The notes under the pieces: model-generated
What the model was told of the DNA's origin: nothing
The model's database searches: none
The model's input: the letters and a program-made list of their open reading frames with translations, nothing else
Origin: Macrostomum lignano
Lineage: Eukaryota
Length of the DNA stretch: 64,000 nucleotides
Reading direction: 5' to 3'
NCBI GenBank assembly: GCA_002269645.1
Contig: NIVC01000846.1
Coordinates: forward strand, 131,903-195,902
Part shown: piece after piece, positions 42,521 through 62,084 of the stretch
Position numbering within the stretch: the stretch's first letter is position 1
Layout of the letters: each line of letters starts with the position of its first letter
Position numbers and translations under genes: made by a program

Positions 42521-45500
42521 TCAGAGCGGACGCGGCGGCCGCCAGTCGGTTTGGAATGCTGCCGGGAGCAGCAACACCGCGGTGGCCAGATCCTCCTGAC
42601 TACCCGCTAGCACCGCCGCTTGAGCCAGGCGGCGGGCCACCTCTTCGGCCAAGCTGACTTCCAAGCCGTCGACTTCGCCCTCGCCCTCTGCCTCGGTTCG
42701 TCCTTCGCCCCCCAGATCCCACTCTGTAGTGGCCGTGACGCTGCTGCGCCGGCTTTCGTCAACGTCGTGGTCGAAACTACCCGATGACGAGCCGGGGCGG
42801 TCTGCTTCGCTGACTGCATCGGCGGCGGCGGCTTCAAATGACGAACTTGTCGACGGCGTTGCTGAACGACTGGACGAAGAGGCCTGAAAGAATTTTAAGA
42901 GAGCGTGAGGGGTTTCGAATGTAGATACTTCTACCCGATCACGGAGGATTATGTTCAAGAACGCAGCCCGGCCAACCTAATTACTCTGGCCCACACGGAG
43001 ATCCGATCCCCGCGAGACGCGGCCAAATCCCCCGCAGACACCCCGATCCTCGCGGACACGCCTCAGATCCCCCTGCAGACACCCCGATTCTGGCGGACAC
43101 TCCTCAGATCCCCCGCAGACACCCCGATCCCCGTGGACACGCCTCAGATCCCCCTGCAGACACCCCGATCCTCGTGGACACGCTTCAGATCCCCCGCAGA
43201 CACCCCGATCCCCGTGGACACGCCTCAGATCCCCCGCAGACACCCAGAATCCTGAAGGACGCCCCAAATCTCCATCCGCCTACCCGAGTGTCCGTCTCGC
43301 CGAACAGCCGCCGCCTCTCGCTGTCCTCCAAGCTGCTGGCCACTCGCACCCGGTTCACCGGCAGGTGCGTGGCCACCAGTTGGCAGATCTCGGCTGGATT
43401 CAACACGCCGGTCACTCCGGCCGTTGCCATGACAACCGCCTGGCACTCCGAGTCTATAGGGACGCACCGACAATCCGGCCGGCAGCTGAGGCGCCGCTTC
43501 ATCTCCGGGTCGCCATGGTAACCGATGCCGCGATTCGGGGCCGGGCTGGACAGGCCGTGTGGCTGGTTGTTGCGCACCAGGATCAGCTGCACATCGCCGC
43601 AGGCGGCTGCGTGCAGCCAGCCGAGTCGCCGCCGGCCTGGAAGGTTTTGTGGGTTCGACTATTTCAAACCGAATTTATGATTTGTCTAGTAAATCCGACC
43701 TCCAATATTGTGTAGCAGCCTTACATTCTGTACACACTGTGTAGATGTATGCAACCCCCCAATCTCAAATATGTCGATCAATAAATCTAACCTTGTGTAA
43801 CGCACCTCTAAGCTGGTGTAACACATCTCTAATCTTGTGTAACACACCTCTAAGCTGGTGTAACACACCTCTAATCTTGTGTAACACGGCTCTAATCTTG
43901 TGTAACACAGCTCTAATCTTGTGTAACACGGCTCTAATCTTGTGTAACACAGCTCTAATCTTGTGTAACACAGCTCTAATCTTGTGTAACGCACCTCTAA
44001 GCTGGTGTAACACGGCTCTTATCCAGTGTAACACGGCTCTTATCTTGTAAAACTGAGTTATTCACTGTGTAACATGTTCAAGACATTTCAAACCCCCACT
44101 TCCTCACCGGCTCCCTCGCCGTCCCCGGCGCCACCCTCCAGTTCATCGGCGGCCCTGACCAGGACGGCGCCAACGGAGGCGCCGCTCCAGCGCACCGCCG
44201 CATAGTCGGATTGGCCCCGCTTGAGCAGGCCGTCCGTGTACTCAAGCGCCTTGGCAAACGCCGCCGCCACTTTATCCGCCCAACCGTCGACGTTGCTGTC
44301 GTCGTCTTCTACGACGTCGCCTTTGTCGTCGTTCTCGTTCTCGTTGTTGTCATCGTACCAGCGCAAGTCCGGAGTTCGACTCCGCGCGTAGGCCAGCGCA
44401 AATTCGTCCAAGCGCTCGGCGCAGGTGCGCAGCACGCTGTGGACCAAATTGGCGCTCGTCCAGTGCAGCCGCTCCCGCTGCCGGGCCGAGGTGCCGCCGG
44501 TCGACGGCCGGTGAATCTCCGGCGCGGCCTCCGGCTTGTCATTCGGCGCGGCTGCCATGTTAAAGGCGCAGGTGCAGCGGGTCCCGGGATCGAATCTGGC
44601 TAGCTCGCACAGCAGGAAGTGGTGCATCTCCTCGGAGGCCAGCTTGGCGGCCGTGTCGCCATACCGACCGGCGTAGAGGCCGACGAAGCACTTGGCCGGG
44701 TCGCCGCCCAGCCAGTCCTGGTAGGCGGCGCGGGCCCGAGGCCGCCTGCCGAATCGGGCATTGTGGAAGCTGGCGGCGCCGGCGCCAAGGACGAATGGCA
44801 CTGAGCAGCGCAGGCCGCGGCCTGAGCAGTTCGGAGTGAGTGATGCGGGATTTCAGACTTAAGGAAATTGGCATTTGGCAGTCGGGGAATATTGGAAATT
44901 GAGAGTTAGGAATATTGAGATTTGAGAGTTGGGAAAATGGTGACTTAAGAGTCGGGGAATATTGGGATTTGAGAGTCGGGGAAAATTGGGGATTGACAGT
45001 CGGGGAAATTGGGATTTGATAGTCGGGGAAAATTGGGATTTGACAGTCGGGGAAAATTGGGATTTGAGAGTCGGGGAAAATTGGGATTTGACAGTCGGGG
45101 AAAATTGGGATTTGACAGTCGGGGAAAATTGGGATTTGACAGTCGGGGAAAATTGGGATTTGACAGTCGGGGAAAATTGGGATTTGACAGTCGGGGAAAA
45201 TTGGGATTTGACAGTCGGGGAAAATTGGGATTTGACAGTCGGGGAAAATTGGGATTTGAGAGTCGGGGAAAATTGGGATTTGACAGTCGGGGAAAATTGG
45301 GATTTGACAGTCGGGGAAAATTGGGATTTGAGAGTCGGGGAAAATTGGGGATTGACAGTCGGGGAAAATTGGGATTTGAGAGTCGGGGAAAATTGGGATT
45401 TGACAGTCGGGGAAAATTGGGGATTGACAGTCGGGGAAAATTGGGATTTGAGAGTCGGGGAAAATTGGGATTTGAGAGTCGGGGAAAATTGGGGATTGAC

Positions 45501-47767
45501 AGTCGGGGAAAATTGGGATTTGAGAGTCGGGGAAAATTGGGGATTTGACAGTCGGGGAAAATTGGGGATTGACAGTCGGGGAAAATTGGGGATTGACAGT
45601 CGGGGAAAATTGGGGATTTGACAGTCGGGGAAAATTGGGATTTGAGAGTCGGGGAAAATTGGGATTTATGAGTCGGGGGAAATTTGAAATTGAGAGTCAG
45701 GAAAAATTGGGATTTGAGAGTCGGAGAAACGTGATTTGAGCCTCCAGTTTTAACGTCTTAACAGCCGATATGTATCGAAAAAATAGTTTTGTTTGATAGA
45801 AAAAAGTCTTACTTTCCACATCATTGGCCGGGATCTGCTCGGCAGGCCGGGAGGCCAGCACCAGGCGGCCTCGGTTCTCCTCGAACAGGTGGGCCCGCAG
45901 GAAGGCGTAGCGCTGGTTCACCCGCTCAAGGTCGGTGGCGCGGACTGCCGAGCAGCCGCCCAGCCGCTCCTCCAGCTGCTGCACTTTGCGACGTCTGGCT
46001 GCGGTCAGCTGCTCCAGAGTCAGGTTGGCGACGTCTGCAGAGTTGGTGGGGGTTTGGTTTGTATGGTTTGTGAGGTTTGTGAGGTTTGTGGTTTGTGAGG
46101 TTTGTGTGGTTTGTGGTTTGTGAGGTTTGTGGTTTGTGAGGTTTGTGAGGTTTGTGGGGTTTGTGTGGTTTGTGAGGTTTGTGGTTTGTGAGGTTTGTGT
46201 GGTTTGTGGTTTGTGAGGTTTGTGGTTTGTGAGGTTTGTGTGGTTTGTGAGGTTTGTGAGGTTTGTGAGGTTTGTGGGGTTTGTGGGGTTTGTGTGGTTT
46301 GTGAGGTTTGTGAGGTTTGTGAGGTTTGTGAGGTTTGTGGGGTTTGTGTGGTTTGTGGTTTGTGAGGTTTGTATAGTTTGTGTGGTTTGTGAGGTTTGTG
46401 GGTTTATGAGGTTTGTGGTTTGTGAGGTTTGTGGTTTGTGAGGTTTGTGAGGTTTGTGGTTTGTGAGGTTTGTGTGGTTTGTGAGGTTTGTGAGGTTTGT
46501 GAGGTTTGTGGGGTTTGTGTGGTTTGTGTGGTTTGTGTGGTTTGTGTGGTTTGTGAGGCTTGTGAGGTTTGTGAGGCTTGTGTGGTTTGTGGGATTTGTG
46601 GGGCTTCCTGAGGTTTATGAGGCTTGTGTGGTTTGTGAGGTTTGTGAGGCTTGTGGGGTTTGTTGAGGTTTGTGAGGTTTGTGTGGTTTGTGTGGTTTAT
46701 GGAGTGAAGCTGTACTGTGGGTTGTGAATTTTTGTGTAGTTAAGGTTTCTAGACTTGACTTTGGATTGTGGAGTTTATACCTCAATTGTTACGCAACCGT
46801 TGAGTTTACGTATCTGATTGACACATGTCCCCAGTCTGCTACTGATAAAAGTAGTTAGCAATGCAGCTCACTAGCCAAGCCAAAGTGCCGCATCTCCCTA
46901 TGGTAGCGCTTGTGCTGCACAATCTCCCTGACGCTGACCAGCTCTCTGCAAGCGTGGCAGTAGATGCTGATGTCCGGGTTCCACCTGGGCGTGCTGAGCT
47001 CCGTGTTTGGCGTGTCTGGGTGGTTTTTTTGGTGTAAGTCAGTTTGGTATGCTCTCCCAATCCCATCATCGTGATCTCACAATCCCATCATCCTGATCTC
47101 ACAATCCCATCATCCTGATCTCACAGTCATATCATCCTGATCTCACGGTCCCATCATCCTGATCTCACAATCCCATCATCCTGATCTCACAGTCCCATCA
47201 TCCTGATCTCACAATCCCATCATCCTGATCTCACAGTCATATCATCCTGATCTCACGGTCCCATCATCCTGATCTCACAATCCCATCATCCTGATCTCAC
47301 AGTCCCATCATCCTGATCTCACAATCCCATCATCCTGATCTCACAGTCATATCATCCTGATCTCACAGTCATATCATCCTGATCTCACAGTCCCATCATC
47401 CTGATCTCACAGTCCCATCATCCTGATCTCACAGTCCCATCATCCTGATCTCACAGTCCCATCATCCTGATCTCACAGTCCCATCATCCTGATCTCACAG
47501 TCCCATCATCCTGATCTCACAGTCCCATCATCCTGATCTCACAGTCCCATCATCCTGTCGCAACCCCATCCATCAATCCCATCTTGGCCCCATCTGAAGT
47601 ATTACACTTGAGTTTCCACGAGTTCCCCTGAGCTCACACTGCCTGACGCCAACAAGTTTCCTTTCCAACTCCTCCCTCCTCGGAGAGTTCACCTCGGCTC
47701 TGATCGCAGAGGCTGCCGGTGCCAGTGTGGTTGACCGCTCCGACTTCTCTTCTATTGTTGAGGGCAT
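42521..47767 (-). CDS. PP2D1: PP2C-like domain protein, PP2D1-like (641 aa), probable pseudophosphatase
   Basis: Exons 47767-47638, 47015-46872, 46034-45813, 44821-44108, 43636-43284 and 42883-42521 join into one frame. N-terminal C-x2-C..H-x3-H motif (YCHAC..HKRYH). CFVGLYAGRYG..AAKLAS..LARFDP, AFAKA..D.LL.RG...VRWSG, LHAAACGDVQ, RGIGYHG..VPID..CQ.VVMATAG and AAVLAGSQEDL resemble human PP2D1 blocks as I recall them. Confidence 0.85.
43028..43248. repeat. About 40-bp minisatellite in PP2D1-like intron 5
   Basis: CCCCGCAGACACCCCGATCCTCGCGGACACGCCTCAGATC-like units. Confidence 0.9.
43788..44050. repeat. 21-bp minisatellite (CTCTAATCTTGTGTAACACAG) in PP2D1-like intron 4
   Basis: Tandem units. 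Confidence 0.92.
44880..45730. repeat. 24-bp minisatellite (GTCGGGGAAAATTGGGATTTGACA) in PP2D1-like intron 3
   Basis: About 35 units. Confidence 0.97.
46052..46700. repeat. Mixed 7-11 bp GGTTTGTGA/GGTTTGT repeat in PP2D1-like intron 2
   Basis: Low-complexity GT-rich tandem array. Confidence 0.95.
47060..47557. repeat. 22-bp minisatellite (CACAGTCCCATCATCCTGATCT) in PP2D1-like intron 1
   Basis: About 22 units. Confidence 0.97.
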
Positions 47768-49983
47768 TTCGGCATGAAGAGAATTTTCGAAACATAGGAC
47801 ACTGATCTTTTATAACTAAAAAAAATTATAAAAAAATAGAATTTGGTGTTAATAGTTGTTCTAATAGTTGATAATGATTCCATCTCAAAAAAAGAAATTT
47901 TATATTTTACAATGAAAGTAATATAGTGCATAGTGCATTGTATGTTTTCGCATATCATTAAGGCTTTTGGCTGAAAAGGATGTTTTAGTTGGTAATTTAT
48001 TATTATCTGTATTACACTAGGGCAATAACTTATCAATCTATTTGAGTGCAAATTTAATAACTTCTAGTTGATATTTCTTCATTGGCAAAGTAATGAAATT
48101 AAGAGGCGGAGTATTTTTTCAATTTAAACTACAAAAAATTATGCTAAAAAATAAAAATATTTGAATGAATAAGATCTTCTCATGTTTTCTTCACATTTGG
48201 TTAATACACAGGCTTTATTTATTGCTGTTGTTGGCTATATAATCTAACATATGTTAAGTATATCAGTATATTATTATGAAAGAATCTGTATGTAAGATTA
48301 TAGGTTCGAAACCATAAATAGACGATAATTTACTGCAGTGTACAGTATATTCTATTCAGTCATAAAATTAATTTTAATAAATTTCTCTTATAGTCTCGAT
48401 ATTTTATACAATTCTAAAGATTCTATAAATGCAAAAAGGCATAGTTGTGTTTTAATAGTGCGTACAGACTACTGACTGACACATGGGTGGGCCTAGCTGG
48501 CCTGGGAACATTACGAAGTATCTGAATAAACGAATTAATCAAATCAGAATACTGAAATCAAAATGCCCATGATTGATACTAGAGACTTTTCTTTCTTTAC
48601 TATCTAATAAATTTTCTACTGTTTAGAAAAAAAAAACAAAATCAACAAAAAACTACTTGAGTATGGACAAATTTATTGATTAAAGTAAATATATCGCGCA
48701 TTTTGTTGTAAATGATTTAATTATTTTTTATCGGATTTTTGTAATTTGAGGATTGTGATATTGCCGACTTATGTTTAAGCAGTTCTTCTAATTTTCGAAT
48801 AAATGATATCTGATGACTAGCTATTATTTCGAACTCGATGCTCAACATATCGCATAAGAAAGTTAATCTAACTGTTTTAGCAATTTAATAGACGCACCAA
48901 TTTTTGCAGCATCAATTTTAATATTTTTCTGATTCAACGCACAAAAACTCCAAACAAAAATTTTTTAGAAATTAATCACACCATACCTTACTTTAATTAT
49001 TTATCTTTTAACTTGTAAACCTTAAATACAAAATAGAGGCGCAAACTCTAGTACTCCATAACAAACCTATATATTACAAGTGCATAGACTACTAGAATGA
49101 GTAAAATTAAAGTACACACGGGAATATATGTACATGCACATGTATGATGTATAACAGTAGTAAATTATATAGTATTCGTCATTTATCACATATTTAACTG
49201 AAGGATGCACTGAAGGGTATATTATTAGATGATATATGGGGTTCACCAGAAGTATATGCAAATATAATAAATTGTATTGTGCCTAAGGGTACACTAAAAT
49301 TATAACATCTCTACACGATGTACATATACTGTGCCATACATGTATTGTATATACATGTAGATACATTTTAATATTGATACATGTATGTCTTTTAGATAAG
49401 TTGCATGTGCATCGATGCACGTTTGTATATATGTCTACTAATTGATTTGTGTAAGCAGTTGTTAAACTTTGAGAAAGCATCCAGAGCAGTAGTACTGTAT
49501 TTGTTTATACGTATAGCATTCGTACACTGCACAAGCAACAGTGTTGGCCATAGGGACTTTAATAATCAATATACATGCAATGTACCATGGCCAGCTTCTT
49601 CAATTCCAGCTTCAGAATTCTGAATGCGCGGAAATAACATGCATACTCTCGTAAATTTAATAAATGTAATGAATATTCGCGAGATCGGGAGTTCATGAAT
49701 AACGCATCAGGTCGCATTACTTTCGCAGATGTGAAAGCATAAAACGTACAGTAGGAGAAAACCTAATGTTAGGCCATAAATTCCACTTATAGTAGTATAA
49801 GGACGTATATGCACTTCAAAACTGGTCTTGAATTTAAACAAATATGAGCTGCATATGCATGGAAGGTCTAAATTTTTTTCAAAATGTACATGCGTATTAT
49901 AGTCGCCCGCCTGCACTACTTCCCGTAAATGCCCAGTGACTAAAGCTCAAAACAGCATCCCAGAAAAGGAAAACTGATATTTT

Positions 49984-56881
<6,898 letters not shown>

Positions 56882-57419
56882 AACTTCAGCAGATTAACAA
56901 CTAGAAGGAAAAAGAGCTGGCCGTTTTAACCAGGCGAAAAATGTGAGTGGCTATTTTTTGCGCACTTGCACCCTTCTTAACATTGATAAGGAAGGCTGGG
57001 CATTAAGAAATAGCTTTCACCATGGCTATATGAATATCTGCCGGCCAATTCCAGCTAGAAATTTCTATTTTATCTGCCTGTGCCTGTACCTCCCCTTATT
57101 CGTGGCGTACACCGTGCTGGGTACAGTGAAAGGGTTGCATTGACTGTATCACCGCTTTCCGCTCTTCTGCTGGGCTAGCTCTGGAGCATATAGGCTAGTA
57201 CCAGCTTCCCTATGCTAGCTCGGGTTTCTATCGGGGTGGGAAGTGGTTGGACTGGATTGGTGCATGGCCTTCGAGAGCGACTGCCGAACACCGATTGGGC
57301 TGTTTGGGAGGCTGTAGAGGGACAGGGAGAAAGGGAGAGTGAAAGGGAATGCTGTAGAGGGACAGCGGAAGAGATGGAGGGACGAGAGGAGAAAAGGAAT
57401 AGGAGAAATCGGAGGAGAG

Positions 57420-58400
57420 AGAAGAGAGGGACAAGGAGAGGGAGAGAGGAGAGGGAGAGAGGAGAGGGAGAGAGGAGAGGGAGAGGAGAGGGAGAGAGGA
57501 GAGGGAGAGGATGAGGGGGAGAGGAGAGGGAGAGAGGAGAGGGAGAGGATGAGGGGGAGAGGAGAGGGAGAGAGGAGAGGGAGAGGATGAGGGGAGAGGA
57601 GAGGGAGAGGATGAGGGGGAGAGACAGGAGAGGGAGAGGATGAGGGGGAGAGGAGAGGGAGAGAGGAGAGGGAGAGGATGAGGGGGAGAGGAGAGGGAGA
57701 GAGGAGAGGAGAGGAGAGGAGAGGAGAGGAGAGGAGAGGATAGGAGAGGAGAGGGAGAGGATGAGGGGGAGAGGAGAGGGAGAGGATGAGGGGGAGAGAC
57801 AGGAGAGAGGAGAGGAGAGGGAGAGGATGAGGGGGAGAGGAGAGGGAGAGGATGAGGGGGAGAGACAGGAGAGAGGAGAGGAGAGGGAGAGGATGAGGGG
57901 GAGAGGAGAGGGAGAGGATGAGGGGAGAGGAGAGGGAGAGGATGAGGGGAGAGACAGGAGAGAGGAGAGGAGAGGGAGAGGATGAGGGGGAGGAGAGGGA
58001 GAGGATGAGGGGGAGAGACAGGAGAGAGGAGAGGAGAGGGAGAGGATGAGGGGGAGAGGAGAGGGAGAGGATGAGGGGGAGAGGAGAGGGAGAGGATGAG
58101 GGGGAGAGACAGGAGAGAGGAGAGGAGAGGGAGAGGATGAGGGGGAGAGGAGAGGGAGAGAGGAGAGGGAGAGAGGAGAGGGAGAGGATGAGGGGGAGAG
58201 GAGAGGGAGAGGATGAGGGGGAGGACAGGAGAGGGAGAGGATGAGGGGAGAGGAGAGGAGAGGAGAGGATGAGGGGAGAGACAGGAGGGGGAGGAGAGGG
58301 AGAGAGGAGAGGGAGAGGATGAGGGGGAGAGACAGGAGAGGGAGAGGATGAGAGGGAGAGGAGAGAGGAGAAAGAGGAGGAAGAGGGACAGACAGTGGTA
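57420..58400. repeat. Polypurine (GA-rich) low-complexity tract
   Basis: GAGGAGAGGGAGAGGATGAGGGG-type units. Confidence 0.95.
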
Positions 58401-59084
58401 GAGGAGCAGGGAGGAGAGGGAGAGCACACAGAGAGACACATCCTGTGGGAAGGTGTGCTGAAGAAGCTGAAGGAACAGCACAGTTGACTAACTAAGTCAC
58501 TTTTCAACTTCCGCCCCTCCCCGAGAGAATGTCAACCTAAATTCAGATTACACCAAAATCAATAAAAATACCGCAGAGCGCTATAGAAATTCTAAGTTTG
58601 CACTTAATTCAGCGTTGGTCTTGGCAGTCAGCGGTCGCACTTTGTTGTGAATTTGTATAGTCTACGGCATCGATTAGCCGCTGGAGAAGTTCGATAAAGA
58701 TAAGACAGCAAAGGGCGCAAGTAGGATCTAAATTATATATTTATATTATTATACATGTCGCTTAATTATCAGACTTAGTGTGAGATGTGATCTTAAAGTA
58801 CTTCACATATTTGGTAGGCAATACGCAATTTTTAGCGGTTAGTTGCACTTATTTGAACCTTTTAACATACCTCCTGTCAGCGCATTTTTTATGTATCCAC
58901 CAACTTTCGCGTTGATGACCAAGCTAACTTATCCAAGTATGGTCCTTGTAAGTGCACCTTCTTCCCAAACCTTTATAAGCTGTTTACGTCATTATGGGAT
59001 TCCTATGTGCAAATTTCATATAGAACTTCCGTGAGGAGTTCTGTTAAATAAAGGAGACTGAGACAGGGAGAGATATTGGAATGA

Positions 59085-59410
59085 GAGGGAGACTAGGGTG
59101 AGATGGCGTAGTGGGGTGAGAGGGAGACTGGGGTGAGATGGCGAGTGGGGTGAGAGGGAGACTGGGTGAGATGGCGTAGTGGGGTGAGAGGGAGACTAGG
59201 GTGAGATGGCGTAGTGGGGTGAGAGGGAGACTAGGGTGAGATGGCGTAGTGGGGTGAGAGGGAGACTGGGGTGAGATGGCGAGTGGGGTGAGAGGGAGAC
59301 TGGGTGAGATGGCGTAGTGGGGTGAGAGGGAGACTGGGGAGAGATGGCGAGTGGGGTGAGAGGGAGACTGGGGAGAGAGGGAGACTGTGGTGAGAGGGTA
59401 ACTGGGGAGG
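59085..59410. repeat. About 35-bp minisatellite (GGGAGACTGGGGTGAGATGGCGTAGTGGGGTGAGA)
   Basis: About 8 units. Confidence 0.9.
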
Positions 59411-59957
59411 GCGGAGACTGAGAGATATAAAGTGACTCTAATTTAAATAAACATAGAGAAAAGTGACAAGTAGGGTGAACGACAATGAACTCGAGAGAGC
59501 ACAGTTTAAAAGGATCTGGTGCATGTATGGTAAATAATTGGTTGGCAGACTTGATTACAGCTTATTTTATTAGGACAAATAAAGTAAGAAGACGCAAAGA
59601 TACCACATGGACACTCGAAGACAGACACAATATGGACGCTCCACACCAAGTAAAAACACAAAAACAAACACGGCATATTAACAAATTTGCGCCATTACAT
59701 TAATCTCCACAAAAAAATGGGACCAGAACCGCTTTAGTACTTTTATTAACTTGAAATCTAATTTTAATTTTTAATATTAAAACTTGCAAGCGGCTGTTTT
59801 TTATAAAATAAAAGTACAAGCACAGGCTTGGGTGTCTACAAGCCGGCATTAGGCTGGCTAGAGTGCCACCCCATAGACAACAGTTAGCAAGAAGAAGAGG
59901 GAACAGTCAACCGCGCACCCTAGACAAAGCTCGCTGGGCCTGTATCTTTTTCAGCAG

Positions 59958-60591
59958 TATATAAGCGAGAGCGCAGGAGCGCCTGCAGAGCTAACCCAAT
60001 ATTTTGCTTACCAACCGAGTGCATCATCAACATACAAACTCGAGTCCTAGAACAGCAGCAACTCAGCAACTGAGGTCGAGTACACTTTCAGGAGCAACCG
60101 AGTGGAGTCCACACTTAGAAAAAACTGCATCCCGAGTCCATCTGTGCCCGGTAGACGGAGATAGTAAGTCCGCTTGTCTTTGTCTCTCCATTCTCCTCTC
60201 TTCCCCTCTACTCTCTCTTGTCTCCCTCTTTCCCCTCCCTCTCCTCTCCTCCCGCTCACTCTTCACTCTTCTTTAACCCTCCCCTTCTCTTCTCCCTCTC
60301 CCCTCCTCACTTCTTACTCTCCCTCTCCTCTCTCTCTCCCTTTTTTCGCTCTTCTCTCAATTCCTCTCCTCTCCGTCTCCCCTCTCTCGCCTTCCAATCC
60401 ACTCTCCATAGCCCTTCGCCTTCTCCACTCTCTCCACGTTTGTCGCTCAAATATGTAAAAAATATTTCAAATTGTATAGCGCATATTTCTCACTATTTCT
60501 ACTTTATATACCCATCCTATATTACATCATAATATTGTCTCGTGGTTCCTTCTCACCTCTGCCTCTGTGTAATTTTTTTTCAAATTGACAG
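59958..60591 (+). promoter_or_regulatory. TATA box, non-coding first exon and 5' UTR intron of the Ly6/uPAR-like gene
   Basis: TATATAAG at 59958-59965; donor GTAAGT at 60164; T-rich acceptor (ttttcaaattgacag) ending at 60591, 15 nt before the ATG. Confidence 0.55.
60190..60435. repeat. CT-rich low-complexity tract in the 5' UTR intron
   Basis: Polypyrimidine composition. Confidence 0.8.
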
Positions 60592-60606
60592 CATTGCGTC
60601 GACGCT

Positions 60607-61476
60607 ATGGACAACGCTTTTGTACTGCAACTGTGCCTGGCCATTGCGCTGTTTCAACTGCCTGTGTGCAGTGCAGTAACTAAGTGCATTGTTGGTGCTT
60701 TCTCAGGGACAAATTATTCTACTGCCGCGTTTGACGCATTAAAGAGTGCAAAATCTAAAACGTGTCCCACAACGAGTAACGATAAATGCCATACAGTCTA
60801 CACTTCCGCCAGCGTCAGTTGGTAAGTGCAGACTAATAAACCAATATTGTATTAAATAGTCCGCTTGGCCATACATTTAACCTAATTTTTTCAGAAAGCA
60901 TTAGAATTCAAATGTGGCGCAACTGCCTGTGGTAATCCAACAAAAACAGACTGCGATAGTTGCGACGTTGATGATTGCAACACTGTAAATGATGTATTTA
61001 ATAAATTCTCATCATGCCCGTATTACGACGGCATAAATCAAACGACGATAACCACGGTTGAAATCTACTGTGTGAAAACACCTCAGAGCTGTAAACGACT
61101 AGATTATAAAGATGGAGTGAGTAATAGGCTGGTATTCTTTTTTCAATTAAAAACTATTTTACCGTTTGAAAAATACGCTGAATTTTTTTCTTTCAGACTG
61201 ACGCCAAAGTCTATATTGGCTGCGAATCCGACTGTACGGCTAAGGAAACTGCTGCCACTCCGGCTAATGTGGTTAAAGGATGCACGTCTTGCAAAGGATA
61301 TGATTGCGCGCCCACCACCGCGCCTGCTGTTACGACCCCAAAAAAGTAAAAAAAAAACAGACGATGTCAAAGACTCAAAAGACGATGAAAAGAAGTCGCA
61401 GGACCAGCTGCAGCCGGGACAGCCGATCTTCCTAGCTCTACTAGTGGCTTTTTCACTGTGCTTGGCTCTACTCTAA
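60607..61476 (+). CDS. Secreted Cys-rich protein with Ly6/uPAR (three-finger)-like modules and a C-terminal GPI-type hydrophobic tail
   Basis: Exons 60607 to about 60813/60821, 60895-61116 and 61197-61476. Signal peptide MDNAFVLQLCLAIALFQLPVCSA; Cys pattern includes CDSCDVDDCN and CTSCKGYDC; Thr/Pro linker; tail PIFLALLVAFSLCLALL-stop. An intact reading needs either the gtcagt donor at 60814 or one extra G at 60821, plus removal of one A near 61340-61346. Confidence 0.7.
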
Positions 61477-62084
61477 TGGCTGCTCGTCTAAAAAGTTTGA
61501 GTTTAAATCCGCGCATAAAAATAGCGCGAGATAACAAAAAATTTATGTTTTAACTAAAGTGACTATGCTTTCTCGACCCCTGTTAAAATATTTTTCAGAA
61601 AACCTACAATGCGTATAACTACATTCATTCACCGGCTCTTGTTCTGAAAGTGTGCCGATTACAAATAAACATGAAAGGATTTAATTCCTCAAAATACTGT
61701 ACACTCAAAAATAAAAGAATTTAAGTCTATCTAATTTTTTCTAAAATGATAAATAGCTTAAGCTTAAGGGACTCGTTCCCTTCACAAATTCAAAAATAAA
61801 TGGATCGCGTTTACCATAGACAATTTTCAAACGATCAATAGAAGCTATAAGCTAGCCGATTCATCCCCTGATGTGTAAAGGCCTGCATAATGGAAATTAA
61901 ATCCGGCAATTAGTTAAGAGATCTGACTAAGAGTTAAGAGAATCGCTTTAATGTCGTACTTCTCTTCTAACCACAAACAGTCGATGACGAATTAGTCAAA
62001 GAATATGCATAAAATAAAGCGATAAAACGAGGGTTTTAGGAGGGCTAGCATGTAGCTCACTGAAATAAATTCAAGAATTCCCCT

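Noticed and set aside
43423-43522. Two RFX X-box matches (GTTGCCATGACAAC at 43423-43436, GTCGCCATGGTAAC at 43509-43522)
   Set aside because: They lie in an internal coding exon about 4.3 kb from the start and overlap conserved codons (VVMAT, GYHGD), so protein constraint explains them.
44880-46700. G/T-rich arrays resembling telomeric repeats
   Set aside because: The units are not TTAGGG-like, and they are intronic, degenerate and internal.
57212-58507. Leu/Ser/Pro-rich and Glu/Arg/Gly-rich ORFs
   Set aside because: Translations of the polypurine/polypyrimidine tract.
60820-60895. In-frame TGA created by splicing, read as selenocysteine
   Set aside because: The following frame closes immediately (AAG CAT TAG) and no SECIS is evident. 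A missing G or the alternative donor explains it better.
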